DNA of 63,915 nt, the filler included, from Octopus bimaculoides (Eukaryota): NCBI RefSeq assembly GCF_001194135.2. It is 7 parts of 7 records of this genome, joined end to end, with 100 filler letters (N's around TTAATTAATTAA, not from the genome) between each part and the next. Parts side by side here need not be neighbours in the genome. Positions count along the whole stretch, not along the records: positions 8,355 to 34,158 come from NC_068986.1; positions 34,259 to 38,593 come from NW_026406368.1; positions 38,694 to 48,641 come from NC_068989.1; 4 more parts are not named here. One strand, given 5' to 3'. Shown here piece after piece: positions 27,840 to 40,095 of the stretch (its first letter is position 1; each line of letters starts with the position of its first letter). A model generated the notes under the pieces. The model was not told the origin of the DNA. It made no database searches and saw nothing but the letters and a program-made list of their open reading frames with translations. Both the position numbers and the translations under genes were made by a program.

Positions 27840-29365
27840 AAATTTCGAAACGACATGCTGTACTACTTGGCATTCGCGCCGGAAGATCTAATACGAACAT
27901 TTCAGGAATACAACAGGGATGGTAAGACAAATAATCTGTAAAGAGCCAACTTTGTATGCTTATTTATAAGTCGCTGGCACCAAACGCGTGACTTCAAGCC
28001 ACAAAATGCTTTTGATGCCCTTTGAATTCGCAGAAGTATTTCTGTATCAAAATTTCCATCATTTTGAACAAAGCTTCCAAGGTAGATGAACAAATAGACA
28101 ATCTCAAGTGACTTACCCTTAACAAAGATTTTAGTGGGTGACAAACTGCACCACACGCAGGTTGATGCACTAAAACTGCTTTTGTTTTTCAAGTTGACGG
28201 TCAAGCCAAAATCTGTATTGCCTAAGTTTTGTTTTTCTAAAAGTAGATAACGTATTTCTGCTGATCTATCTGAGAACCAGTCACTGGACTTATGTGATTT
28301 AAATCCCACTGACTATCTTGCAACCTGAAATACTTTTGTTTTCAAATCTTCCCATAGATTGTTTGGGTCAAGACTGATACTTACTATAGCATCGTGATGA
28401 TTTAAAGTTTGCAACATTTTAACTTTTTGGGTACCCTATGACCACACTGTTGATTTTTAGGCTTTATCGAAAAGTCTATTTTTCTACTCATTGGATGATA
28501 GTTAGTCCAGCTCTCTATCGCTCTCATGGCCCGAACGCTAGAAACGGCTTTTATATCACGTTTTCGGACCAGAATATAATCTATGAGATGCCAGTGCTTA
28601 GATCTTGGGTGCATCCAGGTGGTTATATATTTATTTTTCTGCTTAAACAGAGTGTTGGTGATAACCAGAGTATTCTCAGTACAAAACGTCAAAAGAGCTA
28701 CTCCATTTTTATTACATTTTCCAATCCCATGTCGACCTAAAACAGGCCATGAAACATAGTTCTTTCCAACTCTTGCATTGAAATCTCCCAATATGACCAG
28801 CTTGTCAGAAATTGATACTTTCTTCAATAATTATGCTAGATCATCATAAAACTGTCCTACAGTTTCATCAGAATAGGACATTGCTGGTGCATAAATCCTG
28901 ACAACGGTAAGAAACCTACCTTTTGTCAGTTTAATACGGCATGACATGTTCCGTTCAGATATTCCACTTGAAAGCTCTGTAATGGAGGATACGAATGTAT
29001 TCTTGAGAGCAAACCCAATATCAGATTCTCTACGCTGACCCTTAGGTAGGCCTCTCCAAAAGATAGTATGTCCATAAGTAGGTTTATTTACTTGACCCTC
29101 ACCAGAGAGACGAGTTTCAGAGAGCGTAACTATATCAAGGACATATTTCTTAATCTCACATGCAATAAATGCAGCACACCTTTCTGGCCTCTTGTTGAAA
29201 TTATCAAGAAGTGTGCGCAAATTCCAGCAGCCAAAATTCAAACAATGTTTATTTTTACTTTTTCTTGAAGATTGTTTGACCACAGTGACACGATGACGAC
29301 CGGGTCCAGCCTGTGATACACTGGGACACCTGCCGAGCTAGACCTGTTCCCCTGACGTTCCCAAG
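27840..29365 (-). mobile_element. Internally deleted RTE-clade LINE (5' UTR, APE endonuclease, post-RT region)
   Basis: GCWNLRTL, LSETRL, YAPAM, LVILGDFNARVG, TWMHPRSKHWHLIDYILVR; later FIYLGS and RIQRASKAF..LK.RVW; no RT core in between. Confidence 0.92.
28402..29283 (-). pseudogene. RTE apurinic-like endonuclease domain with one in-frame stop (TAA at 28831-28833)
   Basis: ORFs 28831-29283 and 28402-28827 are in the same frame. Confidence 0.88.
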
Positions 29366-30379
29366 CATTTTTTCCCCATTTAATGAAACTGTTTGAGACA
29401 TTTAGAGTAATGATTTTACTAAGATTTGGTGTACAGGAAGTACCTGTACAGATGAATAATTTTCAGTGGGTATAGCTTGCTCTGAACTACTCCACCTATT
29501 GACCCAAGGAGACTTTCGCCGGTGTGACATGACAATTGACAAAACCAGGAACTTACAAGGCTTCAGCTTTTATTTCGGAGATTTCCTTCTGCTAGTTAAA
29601 TTATCAACCAATGTTAAAAGGCTTCTGCTTGCCTATGCCGTAGGCTATCCCATTCCAGACACCAAACTGACACTCAAACACTTTATAAAGTGATCAAATA
29701 TCACTCCGGTGACCGACGCTGAGTAGCTTATTATTAAATAAAAAAAGAAAAAAAAAGAAAAGTAAAATATGTGATTTGCAAATGTAAATAACAATTTCAT
29801 ATTAATATAAAAAAGTAAAAATATACAAGTAAAAATACACACACACACACACACACACACACANNNNNNNNNNNNNNNNNNNNNNNNNNNNNNNNNNNNN
29901 NNNNNNNNNNNNNNNNNNNNNNNNNNNNNNNNNNNNNNNNNNNNNNNNNNNNNNNNNNNNNNNNNNNNNNNNNNNNNNNNNNNNNNNNNNNNNNNNNNNN
30001 NNNNNNNNNNNNNNNNNNNNNNNNNNNNNNNNNNNNNNNNNNNNNNNNNNNNNNNNNNNNNNNNNNNNNNNNNNNNNNNNNNNNNNNNNNNNNNNNNNNN
30101 NNNNNNNNNNNNNNNNNNNNNNNNNNNNNNNNNNNNNNNNNNNNNNNNNNNNNNNNNNNNNNNNNNNNNNNNNNNNNNNNNNNNNNNNNNNNNNNNNNNN
30201 NNNNNNNNNNNNNNNNNNNNNNNNNNNNNNNNNNNNNNNNNNNNNNNATTGAACAAAGTTTAGTAGAAGAGTTATGAGGTAAAATGTTACGAAACTTCAT
30301 GCCAGTAAGTAAGAGAGTAAGGGGTAACGCTTCAGCTAAAAGAATAAAGAATATATTTCTAAAATCAATGTTTACTTTC

Positions 30380-30830
30380 TAAGGCAGCGAGCTTGCAGAA
30401 GCAGCGCTGCGGGAGAAATACTTATCTGTATTTCGTATGTCTTGACGTTTTTGAGTTCAAATTTCGCCGAGGTCGACTTTGACGTACAGATTATTTAATT
30501 AATATTTTTAACTGAACACTTTCAAACTTCCGATACTGGTAGAATATGTCACATAGAACAGGGTTTATTCTTAACGTTTTTGGCAAAATTTTGTATTTTA
30601 GAAGTGGTATTTCGTCTGTCTTTACGGTCTGAGTTCAAATTCCACCGAGGTCTACTTTGCCTTTCATGCTTTTCGGATCTATTCAATTAGACGTACAGAT
30701 TATTTAATTGATTTTTTTAAACTAAACATTTTCAAACTTCCGATACTGGTAGAATGTGTCACATAGAACAGGGTTTATTCGTAACGTTTTTGACAAAATT
30801 TTGTATTTTTGAAGTTATTTCGTCGGACGT
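30380..30830 (+). repeat. Two-unit tandem of a type-2 SINE piece plus a ~125-bp unclassified segment
   Basis: GACGTACAGATTATTTAATT...TTGTATTTT(A/T)GAAGT at 30481-30605 and 30690-30815, each preceded by SINE sequence. Confidence 0.8.
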
Positions 30831-31688
30831 TACAGAGGGACAATGGACAAATTCGTGTTTGATAAATGCCAATACATGAAACTCTCAGCTTTTGACTTAC
30901 TCTCTAACTTCTGCTGATGATATATATATATATATTACATATATGTGTAAAAAAATCTTATCACGCAATCAAACCAATGAAAGAGCCTCTACCTGGCCGC
31001 TCGATACGCTAAAAATAGCAGCCAAAGTATCCCCCTACCTAAATCACACGCCCACTGTATGTAATGTCCTTGATTGTCCCTAAAAAGACGGTTTGCTGAA
31101 GGCTGCAATGTCTTTGATGATCGGTTTGCCGTATAAGGGTTTATTTGAGGCTAAATAACAACAACATTATGATCAATTTCTATATTGACACCCACACGAT
31201 TTTCACTAAAAAAAAAAGAATTGATTTTTTGCTTAGAATCAAGTACTCTGACCTCCTAATATGCTGCAAATCCCTTATCTTCGTTCGGAAAAATGAGGAG
31301 TGGGTAGTCCTCACGCCCAATCTCGGAATCATTGGAATTTTTTTTCATTGAATGAATTCCTGTGACTTCCTATTATTGCAAAATTAGGTTACTTAAGGTG
31401 AGCCTGGTAACTGATGGTTTGGGGATCTTGTTTGTAAATTTTGGTGAGCAATGGTGCAACCAACAACATGGTAAAAACCTCTGCCATTAATTTGGTGTGG
31501 ATGAAAAATATCAAATAATTCAATTACAACATATATTTAAATTATACACGAACAAATTGAAATATTATCATCACTTACATGGAAAAATTGAAATATTATC
31601 TTTCAGTATTTTATAAGGTAAAATCTTAAATTATTAATTGACATATTATTAATTATCTTATAACAGCAATGCCTGGAAAAAATAATGG

Positions 31689-32198
31689 ATTACATGGTAA
31701 AATGTGAGCATGAAAAGTCATATTCTTAAGATTATAAACCTTGAAAAGTACAGGACAAGCTATTACACCTGTAAAAGTATAGGACAAGCTATTCTAGTAA
31801 CGTAAAGAATAAGAAACCTTTTACTTAAAATATTGCAGCTAAAATTAAAATTTGAATATTAAAAATGATTTTATTATAGTTTACCAATGACACTATACTT
31901 ATTTAAGTAGAATTTGGCTAATTTACTACCTTCAATACAGAAAAAAGTAACTAATTAGACAAACTTACAAATTAGCTGAACTTTTTGTACAATGAATTTA
32001 AAAGATGAGAAATGTAAAGACTGATAAATTAGAATTGGCATTCTTTGCTGCAATATTTTAAGTAAGACGTTTCTTATTATTTACTTTACTAGAAGTATTA
32101 GCTTGTCCTATGCGTTTACAGGTGTAATAACTTGTCCCGTACTTTTCCAGGTTTGTAATCTTAAGAATATGACTTTTCATGCTCGCATTTTTTCCATG

Positions 32199-32202
<4 letters not shown>
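31689..32202. mobile_element. Foldback/MITE-like element with ~155-bp terminal inverted repeats
   Basis: Left arm ATTACATGGTAAAATGTGAGCATGAAAAGTCATATTCTTAAGATT... is the reverse complement, with scattered mismatches, of the right arm ending ...GACTTTTCATGCTCGCATTTTTTCCATGTAAT. Confidence 0.85.
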
Positions 32203-32229
<27 letters not shown>

Positions 32230-32235
<6 letters not shown>

Positions 32236-32882
32236 CTAAATCTTGTACGACTCTATTTCTGTCTATCAGCCCTTTCACTCTTATTCGTTCATTCCACTCT
32301 TCGTTCTTTCGTTCCCCCTCTCTCACATTTCCTTGCCTTCTTTTCTTGCTTACTTTCCCTCCACCTTTCACTTCACTGTGTCCCTGTCATTTTTTCTCGC
32401 CCCTCCTTAATTCTTTTGTACCTCTGCCTCTACCTCTCTCTCTTCTCTTCCTGCGTGAACGGCGTTCGACCAAGTCTGATCTTTCTTTCTTGGCCGGCCG
32501 TTGTGCGTGCAACATCGATATTCTTCCCTGTGCCTGTGAAACCTTGTATCCCTGCCGTAAGGTTATATTTCTTCACACGCCAGCTTAATTTAATTCGTCC
32601 TTAGTCGAAAGACATCTGTTGTTATGTCCTGTTTTCAGTTTTATTGTATGTGTGTAAGATTGTTCGTTTTTTTCCGTCCTTGTTTTCGTATATATTCACT
32701 GCTTCCTTCCAAGGAATATGATGCTCTTAGCTTAGTTTTTCCTTGGGGCTGGCCAGATTTGAGCAATCTCGCGTATAATCAGCCGAAATTGCAAAGATAA
32801 TGTGGAACTCGACTGATGAACGAAAACTCCGACTGACCTGTCCTTGTTTTCTTTGTATCGTCTATCTGGATGTTTTTCGCTT
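32230..32882 (+). mobile_element. Unclassified pyrimidine-rich interspersed repeat, possibly a Penelope-like terminal repeat
   Basis: Contains GGCTG...CAGCC-GAAA and CTGATGA (32813-32819); classification is inference. Confidence 0.35.
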
Positions 32883-33032
32883 CATAGATAGATAGATAGA
32901 TGTATCAATATACATTTGTATGAATCTTTATGTGTGTGTGTGTGTACACGCAAATACATACATATACAAACACAAATATACATATTTGTGTATGTACCAG
33001 CGATGTTTATAATTTCATCTATATCTGAAACA

Positions 33033-33080
<48 letters not shown>

Positions 33081-33904
33081 CACACACAGACGCGCACACA
33101 CACATGCACGCGGACGCACACATACACACATACACTCATACACGCAGATATATTTACACGGACTGGGAGGAAACCACATATATTTGTATAAGTAAGAGTA
33201 CCTCATAAGCTAGATCTCATATTGCTAACTTCTGCAACTATAACAGTACTCCCTTTGCATGAAGCGTGTTTCAGCTTGTGTTAGTTTTGAAAATATTACC
33301 TAGAGTGTCTTCACAGATAAGCACATAATTTCTCATAGAATGAAAGATTGCATGGGTGTCAGCAACAGGCATGTCATCACCTCTCTCCAGTTTCACATAG
33401 GATTACCTCCATCATATACCACCAATTTTCCTCTTTCTTTTTCACTTTTTTCGCTTGTCGGTATCTTGTATAGGCTTAAATGATAGAAAAATGCATGAGG
33501 AATTCAAAATCACTAGTCGCATTGAACAAAGTTTAGTAGAAGAGTTATGAGGTAAAATGTTACGAAACTTCATGCCAGTAAGTAAGAGAGTATTTGTCTT
33601 ATTGTCTTGTAACCTCGTCGATTGCTTTTGGGAAACGGTGTTTTCAGCATTGGATATTACCAACTAACTGACGATTTAATGAATGTCTTTTCTTTTCCCG
33701 CATGTAGATTATTGTAATTGTCTTTCTTGTATAGTGCTTTCATAACAATTATCCATATCAGATAGACCGACGCATGAGCGGATGATATTTAGATACATAA
33801 ATAATGATCACTGATCTAAAAAAGTAGAACAAAACTAGGAAACGATCTAAGGCTTGTTATCTACCCAGTTGACAAATCCATAACACACTAAAAATCTGCA
33901 AATG

Positions 33905-34030
33905 TATATCGTCATCATCATCATAGTCATCATCATCATCATCATTTAAGGTCCGTTTTCAATGCCGACATGAGTTGGACAGTTTAAATTTGACATTTGC
34001 TGGTCAGCTGGAGAGCTGCCTGGGCTCGAT
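33905..34030 (-). mobile_element. L2-type LINE/SINE 3' tail ending in (GAT)n
   Basis: Minus strand reads ...GTCCAACTCATGTCGGCATTGAAAACGGACCTTAAATGATGATGATG, resembling L2-type 3' ends. Confidence 0.55.
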
Positions 34031-34111
34031 CGCATGTTGTTTACATATTTGTATACAAAACAGTAACTTCCAGTGTTCGCTCTAAATTGTATAGACAATC
34101 TGTGGCAGTAT

Positions 34112-34158
<47 letters not shown>

Positions 34159-34258
34159 NNNNNNNNNNNNNNNNNNNNNNNNNNNNNNNNNNNNNNNNNN
34201 NNTTAATTAATTAANNNNNNNNNNNNNNNNNNNNNNNNNNNNNNNNNNNNNNNNNNNN

Positions 34259-34302
<44 letters not shown>

Positions 34303-34424
34303 AATATGTATATATGTATGTATATGTGTCTCTGTGTGCGCGTGTGTGTGTGCGCACGAGCACGTGCGTGCAGACATTTTAAAATTTATATATGTATAGA
34401 TATATTTATATACATGTACATATA

Positions 34425-34705
34425 GCGCTAAGTTGCGGGGACGTGAACATACCAACATCGGTTGTCAAGTGATGGTGGAGGGACAAACACAGACACCCCT
34501 TCACACACACACACACACACACACATATGTAAATATATATGCGACGGGCCTCTTTCAGTTTCCGTCTACCAAATCCACTCACAAGGCTTTGGTCGGCCCG
34601 AGGCTATAGGAGAAGACACATGCCCAAGGTGCCACACAGTGGGAATGAACACCGAAACATGCGGTTGGTAAGCAAGCTACTTACCATACAGCCACCCCTG
34701 CGCCT
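34425..34705 (-). mobile_element. Composite type-1 SINE with truncated distal module
   Basis: Head and body at 34541-34705, (CA)n spacer, module ...GCTAAGTTGCGGGGACGTGAAC. Confidence 0.85.
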
Positions 34706-35163
34706 ATACAATATATATATAAATATATATATAAATANNNNNNNNNNNNNNNNNNNNNNNNNNNNNNNNNNNNNNNNNNNNNNNNNNNNNNNNNNNNNNN
34801 NNNNNNNNNNNNNNNNNNNNNNNNNNNNNNNNNNNNNNNNNNNNNNNNNNNNNNNNNNNNNNNNNNNNNNNNNNNNNNNNNNNNNNNNNNNNNNNNNNNN
34901 NNNNNNATACAGTAGTGTATAAACAATTAAGTGATTATACATGAAAGAGGTGACCTTTGACAGGACACCTTATGTGCTAAAAAGGGCAGTTAAAGCCCAA
35001 ACCATAAATAAGAGCTGTGTATGTGTGTGTGTGTGTAATTTCGTAAGAGTATGCATTTATGTAAATATATATACATCGATATACATAAATATGTATGTTT
35101 ATATACTTGTCTGAATACATACATATATATATATATGCATACACACACACACGCACATATATG

Positions 35164-35271
<108 letters not shown>

Positions 35272-35273
35272 AA

Positions 35274-35309
<36 letters not shown>

Positions 35310-35527
35310 TATTTACATATCTATATTTACGTACATATGTGCTATATGTATGTACGTATATATGCGTAAGTATACACAAACACACACAAACGCATGTGCA
35401 CAGACATATATATGGCTGTAGGGTCAGATAGATACATTGATAGATAAATAATTTAACAGATACGTTAGCCGAGTAGATAAATAGACAGACAGACAGATCG
35501 CTAGATAGACAGATGAACTGATAGATA

Positions 35528-35528
35528 T

Positions 35529-35598
<70 letters not shown>

Positions 35599-35600
35599 GG
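35528..35600. repeat. (AGAT)n microsatellite
   Basis: Seen directly; similar runs at 24407, 40047, 43695 and 54625. Confidence 0.97.
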
Positions 35601-36318
35601 AGAGATAGATAGATGAATGGGTAGATAGATAANNNNNNNNNNGATAGATAGATTGAGAAGTAGATAGATAGATAGATGTGTATGCAAGTGAAGAAAACAG
35701 CACTAAATCCACACCATTATATACCTGCCCGTCTGCTTAACAGACGTATCTTTGTATGTTACCCTACCCCTCTTTTCCCCCTCATCTATCTCCATCTCCC
35801 TCTCCCTCTTTCTCTTGTTTTGTATAAGTAAGCATTTGCTAAATAGGAGTCGATGATGGCGGCGGTGGTGCTGATGTTCAATGTCGGTGGTGGTGCTGGT
35901 GGAGGCGCGAGACAACTGCTTCATTGGATCCAATTATCCAAAATGTATTTGCCTCTCTCACCTGGTCAGATCTAATTTACCGCTTGTTTGGTCAACTAAT
36001 GAAGCAAAGACGAAGGAATTAACTAAAACTGCTAACTCAATGACCTTTGCCATTCTAAAACAACGCCTGGATGTTCTGCGATATTTTCGGGCTAAATATG
36101 ACGTTTAGTCTGCTTGCAATCACTCTAGCGTAGGAGAGACACATATTTAGAGAGAGAGAGAGATAGACAGATAGATAGAGAGAGAGAGAGAGTGAGAGGG
36201 AGGGAGAGAGAGACAGAGAGACAGAGAGAGGGAGAGAGAGAGAGAGATTGGCGGCGGCGAAGATTGATAGATGGATGGGGGAACGTGAAGATTTGGAAAT
36301 TGCAAGCAACAAACAAAA

Positions 36319-36319
36319 T

Positions 36320-36402
<83 letters not shown>
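36319..36402. repeat. Compound (AGC)n(AGT)n(GGT)n microsatellite
   Basis: Seen directly. Confidence 0.95.
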
Positions 36403-36404
<2 letters not shown>

Positions 36405-36406
<2 letters not shown>

Positions 36407-36595
36407 TTCGAATTGTGGCACAAGGCCTGCTTGTTTGCGGGAGGGCTTCGGTCGGTTGCATCGACCCCAGTGCTCAACTGGTATTATTTTATTGACCTCG
36501 AATGGATGAAAGATAACGTCTGCCTCGGTGTAATTGGAACCCAGAACGTAAAAACGAACGAAATGCCGCTAAGCATTTTGTCCGGCGTGCTAACT
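36405..36595 (-). mobile_element. SINE type 2 with tail A, diverged
   Basis: TCGACCCCAGTGCTCAACTGGTATT...AAATGCCGCTAAGCATTTTGTCCGGCGTGCTAAC. Confidence 0.8.
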
Positions 36596-36699
36596 AATAA
36601 TAACAACAACAATAACACCTTTCTTAAATTTTATTGGTGGACAGCCCTTCTCTCTCAACCCTAACCCTCCTTTTCAAATGGAATCTGAAAAGCTGATGT

Positions 36700-36965
36700 G
36701 GGTTTGTCCCGGAGAGGAAAGTGTCTGTCTTCAATCATTTTGGTCTGGTCCACAGCACATCTTTCGTTATAGCCATCAGAAGAAAACTGCCTACCCTTCC
36801 CGATGAAAGGTAGGCGACGTGTCTTGGTACAAAAGATGGGCTACAGCAAATATCCTGCTCGGTACCACAGATTTGTTTGTCAGTTGCTTGATCTTAACCA
36901 GTTGAACATGTCCCTTAGTGGCTGACCATATGTGCATCTCTGATCATGAGCAGAAGTAGTGCTTG
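36700..36965 (+). mobile_element. Unclassified interspersed-repeat fragment
   Basis: GC-richer segment ...ACAGATTTGTTTGTCAGTTGCTTGATCTTAACCAGTTGAACATGTCCCTTAGTGGCTG... that I recall as an octopus repeat; not verifiable here. Confidence 0.4.
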
Positions 36966-37173
36966 GAAGGAAGATGTGTAGCGTGTGATCGTCGCACTGA
37001 CCATAACAGAGAAAATTTGTCATGGTGATACCTGCTCAGAGGCCGACGCAAAGTTGCAGAAAGTGTATGGAGAGGAGTGTATGAGCTGCACAAATATTAA
37101 TTTGCTGGTACGGGATAAACCATGATTCGATTATATGATATAATTCGGTATTAAATGATTCGCGACTTAAGTA

Positions 37174-37469
37174 CAGTAATCCTTCGCCATATCGCGGTTC
37201 ACCTATCGCGGTTCGCCTATCGCGGTTCGCCTATCGCGGCTCACATATCGCGGTTCACCTATCGCGGTTCATCTATTGCAGTTAATCGTTTAAGCTTACG
37301 TCGATTCCTCCGTGGTGTTGTTTTGCATTTATGATAAAATGAATATATACAAATTATAAAAAATAATAAAAGAAAATATATAGAGTACAGTACTGTTTCT
37401 ACTTCGCGGATTTTCACCTATCGCAGGGTGGGGTTGAACGTAACACCTACGATAGTCGAGGGATTACGG
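37174..37469. mobile_element. pogo/Tigger-like MITE with TA target duplication
   Basis: TA|CAGTAATCCTTCGCCATATCG ... CGATAGTCGAGGGATTACGG|TA; imperfect TIRs of the CAGTA.TCCCTCG type. Confidence 0.85.
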
Positions 37470-38124
37470 TAATTCGATTATCGGTGTAAATACGAGAATT
37501 TTATAAAATGTATAAGGTACGGTTTATGAGGTACACTGGTTAACCGTTGTGCAGTAGAGTAATACAAAGCTTGAAAGTTATCTAGATTAACAAAGCAGTT
37601 TAAATCGAAACTTCATTGAGACGGTACTAATGCATCAGAAGTACGCGTTCAATTCGTTAGTATATGTTTGGAAATACAAAAGGTTTAAACAATTTCATAT
37701 TTCTAAAGTTGCTGAGTCTATAACATTATACTCATTGTGAATGTCCATTAAGAAAATGGAGGTTTGAGAATAGCGTCACATACGCTTCTGAGATGCGGTT
37801 CTAACGCTACTTTTATTGTTGTTATACGGCTTTGCGCAGGAGAGAACGTTAAAATTAACATTAAAATAGGGAATTGTTCGGTTTTAAAGAACTAAATACA
37901 ATTCGAAGCTCACATAGATACTTACATACAGACAGACATACATACATACATATATACATGCATACATACATACATGCACATATGAGAGTATATAAGTGTA
38001 TATGAGTTTCTGAATTACTGAAAGATGGTGCAGTTTTTTTTTATCTTGAACATAAAACCTCTAAAAATATACTCCTATACAGCCTTCCATCCACGCCTCT
38101 TTCAGCTAAGATTAAAAAGATTTT

Positions 38125-38201
<77 letters not shown>

Positions 38202-38240
38202 ATGTATATATGTATGTATATTATATATACATATATATAT

Positions 38241-38400
38241 AGGTGCAGAAGTGGCTGTGTGGTAAGCAGCTTGCTTACCAACCACATGGTTCCGGGTTCA
38301 GACCCACTGCGTTAAACCTTGAACTCAGAACATGAGGACAGGCGAAATACTGTTAAGCATTTCGTCCTGCGTGCTAACGTTTCTGTTAGCTCATCGCCTT
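38241..38400. mobile_element. Convergent fusion of a type-1 SINE head (+, 38241-38312) and a type-2 SINE head (-, 38318-38400)
   Basis: GTGGCTGTGTGGTAAG...GGTTCAGACCC followed directly by TTGAACTCAGAAC...GCTAACGTTTCTGTTAGCTC. Confidence 0.8.
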
Positions 38401-38414
38401 GTTACCTCCATGCA

Positions 38415-38565
38415 AATCGAGAACAAGAGATTCCCGAGATACCCACCAATTGCCTACAGCATAAAAGGCATAAAACAATGACAGACATCAAATGTAGGTT
38501 ATGTAAGACCGAGACTTAAGGCATCGATCACATTATCGCCGAATGTGAAAAAATGTCTTCCAGGT
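38415..38565 (+). mobile_element. CCHC zinc-knuckle fragment of an RLE-type LINE
   Basis: REQEIPEIPTNCLQHKR...DIKCRLCKTET*GIDHIIAECEKMS (CxxC-x8-H-x4-C). Confidence 0.7.
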
Positions 38566-38693
38566 GTAATCACACACACAGATATATATATATNNNNNNN
38601 NNNNNNNNNNNNNNNNNNNNNNNNNNNNNNNNNNNNNTTAATTAATTAANNNNNNNNNNNNNNNNNNNNNNNNNNNNNNNNNNNNNNNNNNNN

Positions 38694-38747
<54 letters not shown>

Positions 38748-39596
38748 GTGTGTATATATGTATATATGTAGATATATATATATATATATACACACAAGTA
38801 TATATATATATATACATATTTACATGTATACAGATATATGCATACACACACACGCACACACACACACACATATATATATATATAAATCTTTACATATATA
38901 GATATATATATATGTGCATATACGTATGCATATATATATGTATGTGTGTGTATGTGTATGTGTGCGCGTATGTGTTGATGCGTGTGTATGCATGTTTGTA
39001 TACACACAAGTATGCGTGTTAGTGAGTATATATGTCACAAATACCAATATATCCTTGGGGTTATTGTATCGCGCTTTTATAATTTACTAAATTATTCATA
39101 TTTTAGTGTTTCGTATGTTGTTTTTTTATTGTTATATTTGTGCTTTCACACACATTCTGCAAGGTTGGAATATAAATGTATAATTATAAATTTGCTGATA
39201 CAAGTTAAAAGATTTCCCTGAAATAATTAAAGTTGTGTTCATATAAAAATTAGCAAAGGAAAAAATATATATACATATATAAAATGATGAAAAAAAGTCA
39301 ATAAATTTCGCTATAAAAACTGACAGTAGAGCATTTAAACAAATTGAATAGTTAAATGTATTATTGAGTGACATAGGATTTTTGTTAATTATATTAATTA
39401 GTAATAGCGTTTTCCAATTATAAATTAATTTTGTTGCTTTTTATGTATTTCTTCGATGATTGAAGCAAAATTCAGCGATGATAAAGAAAAAAAAATCACG
39501 TGACATTTAATTTCGTGTTAACACTTCTGGTAACAGATGGTGAACAATTATATATGTACATATATATATATATGCCTCTGTGTGTGTATATATATA

Positions 39597-39634
<38 letters not shown>

Positions 39635-40045
39635 TGTGAGTGCGGAGAAAGACAGACAGACAGGCAAACAGGGTCGTATATTTATGGATATATATATATA
39701 TATATTTATATATANNNNNNNNNNNNNNNNNNNNNNNNNNNNNNNNNNNNNNNNNNNNNNNNNNNNNNNNNNNNNNNNNNNNNNNNNNNNNNNNNNNNNN
39801 NNNNNNNNNNNNNNNNNNNNNNNNNNNNNNNNNNNNNNNNNNNNNNNNNNNNNNNNNNNNNNNNNNNNNNNNNNNNNNNNNNNNNNNNNNNNNNNNNNNN
39901 NNNNNNNNNNNNNNNNNNNNNNNNNNNNNNNNNNNNNNNNNNNNNNNNNNNNNNNNNNNNNNNNNNNNNNNNNNNNNNNNNNNNNNNNNNNNNNNNNNNN
40001 NNNNNNNNNATATATATATATATATGCATGTATATATATATGTAT

Positions 40046-40095
<50 letters not shown>

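Noticed and set aside
37188-37281. Regular short repeats superficially like a CRISPR array
   Set aside because: No spacers, eukaryotic context, and located inside a MITE.
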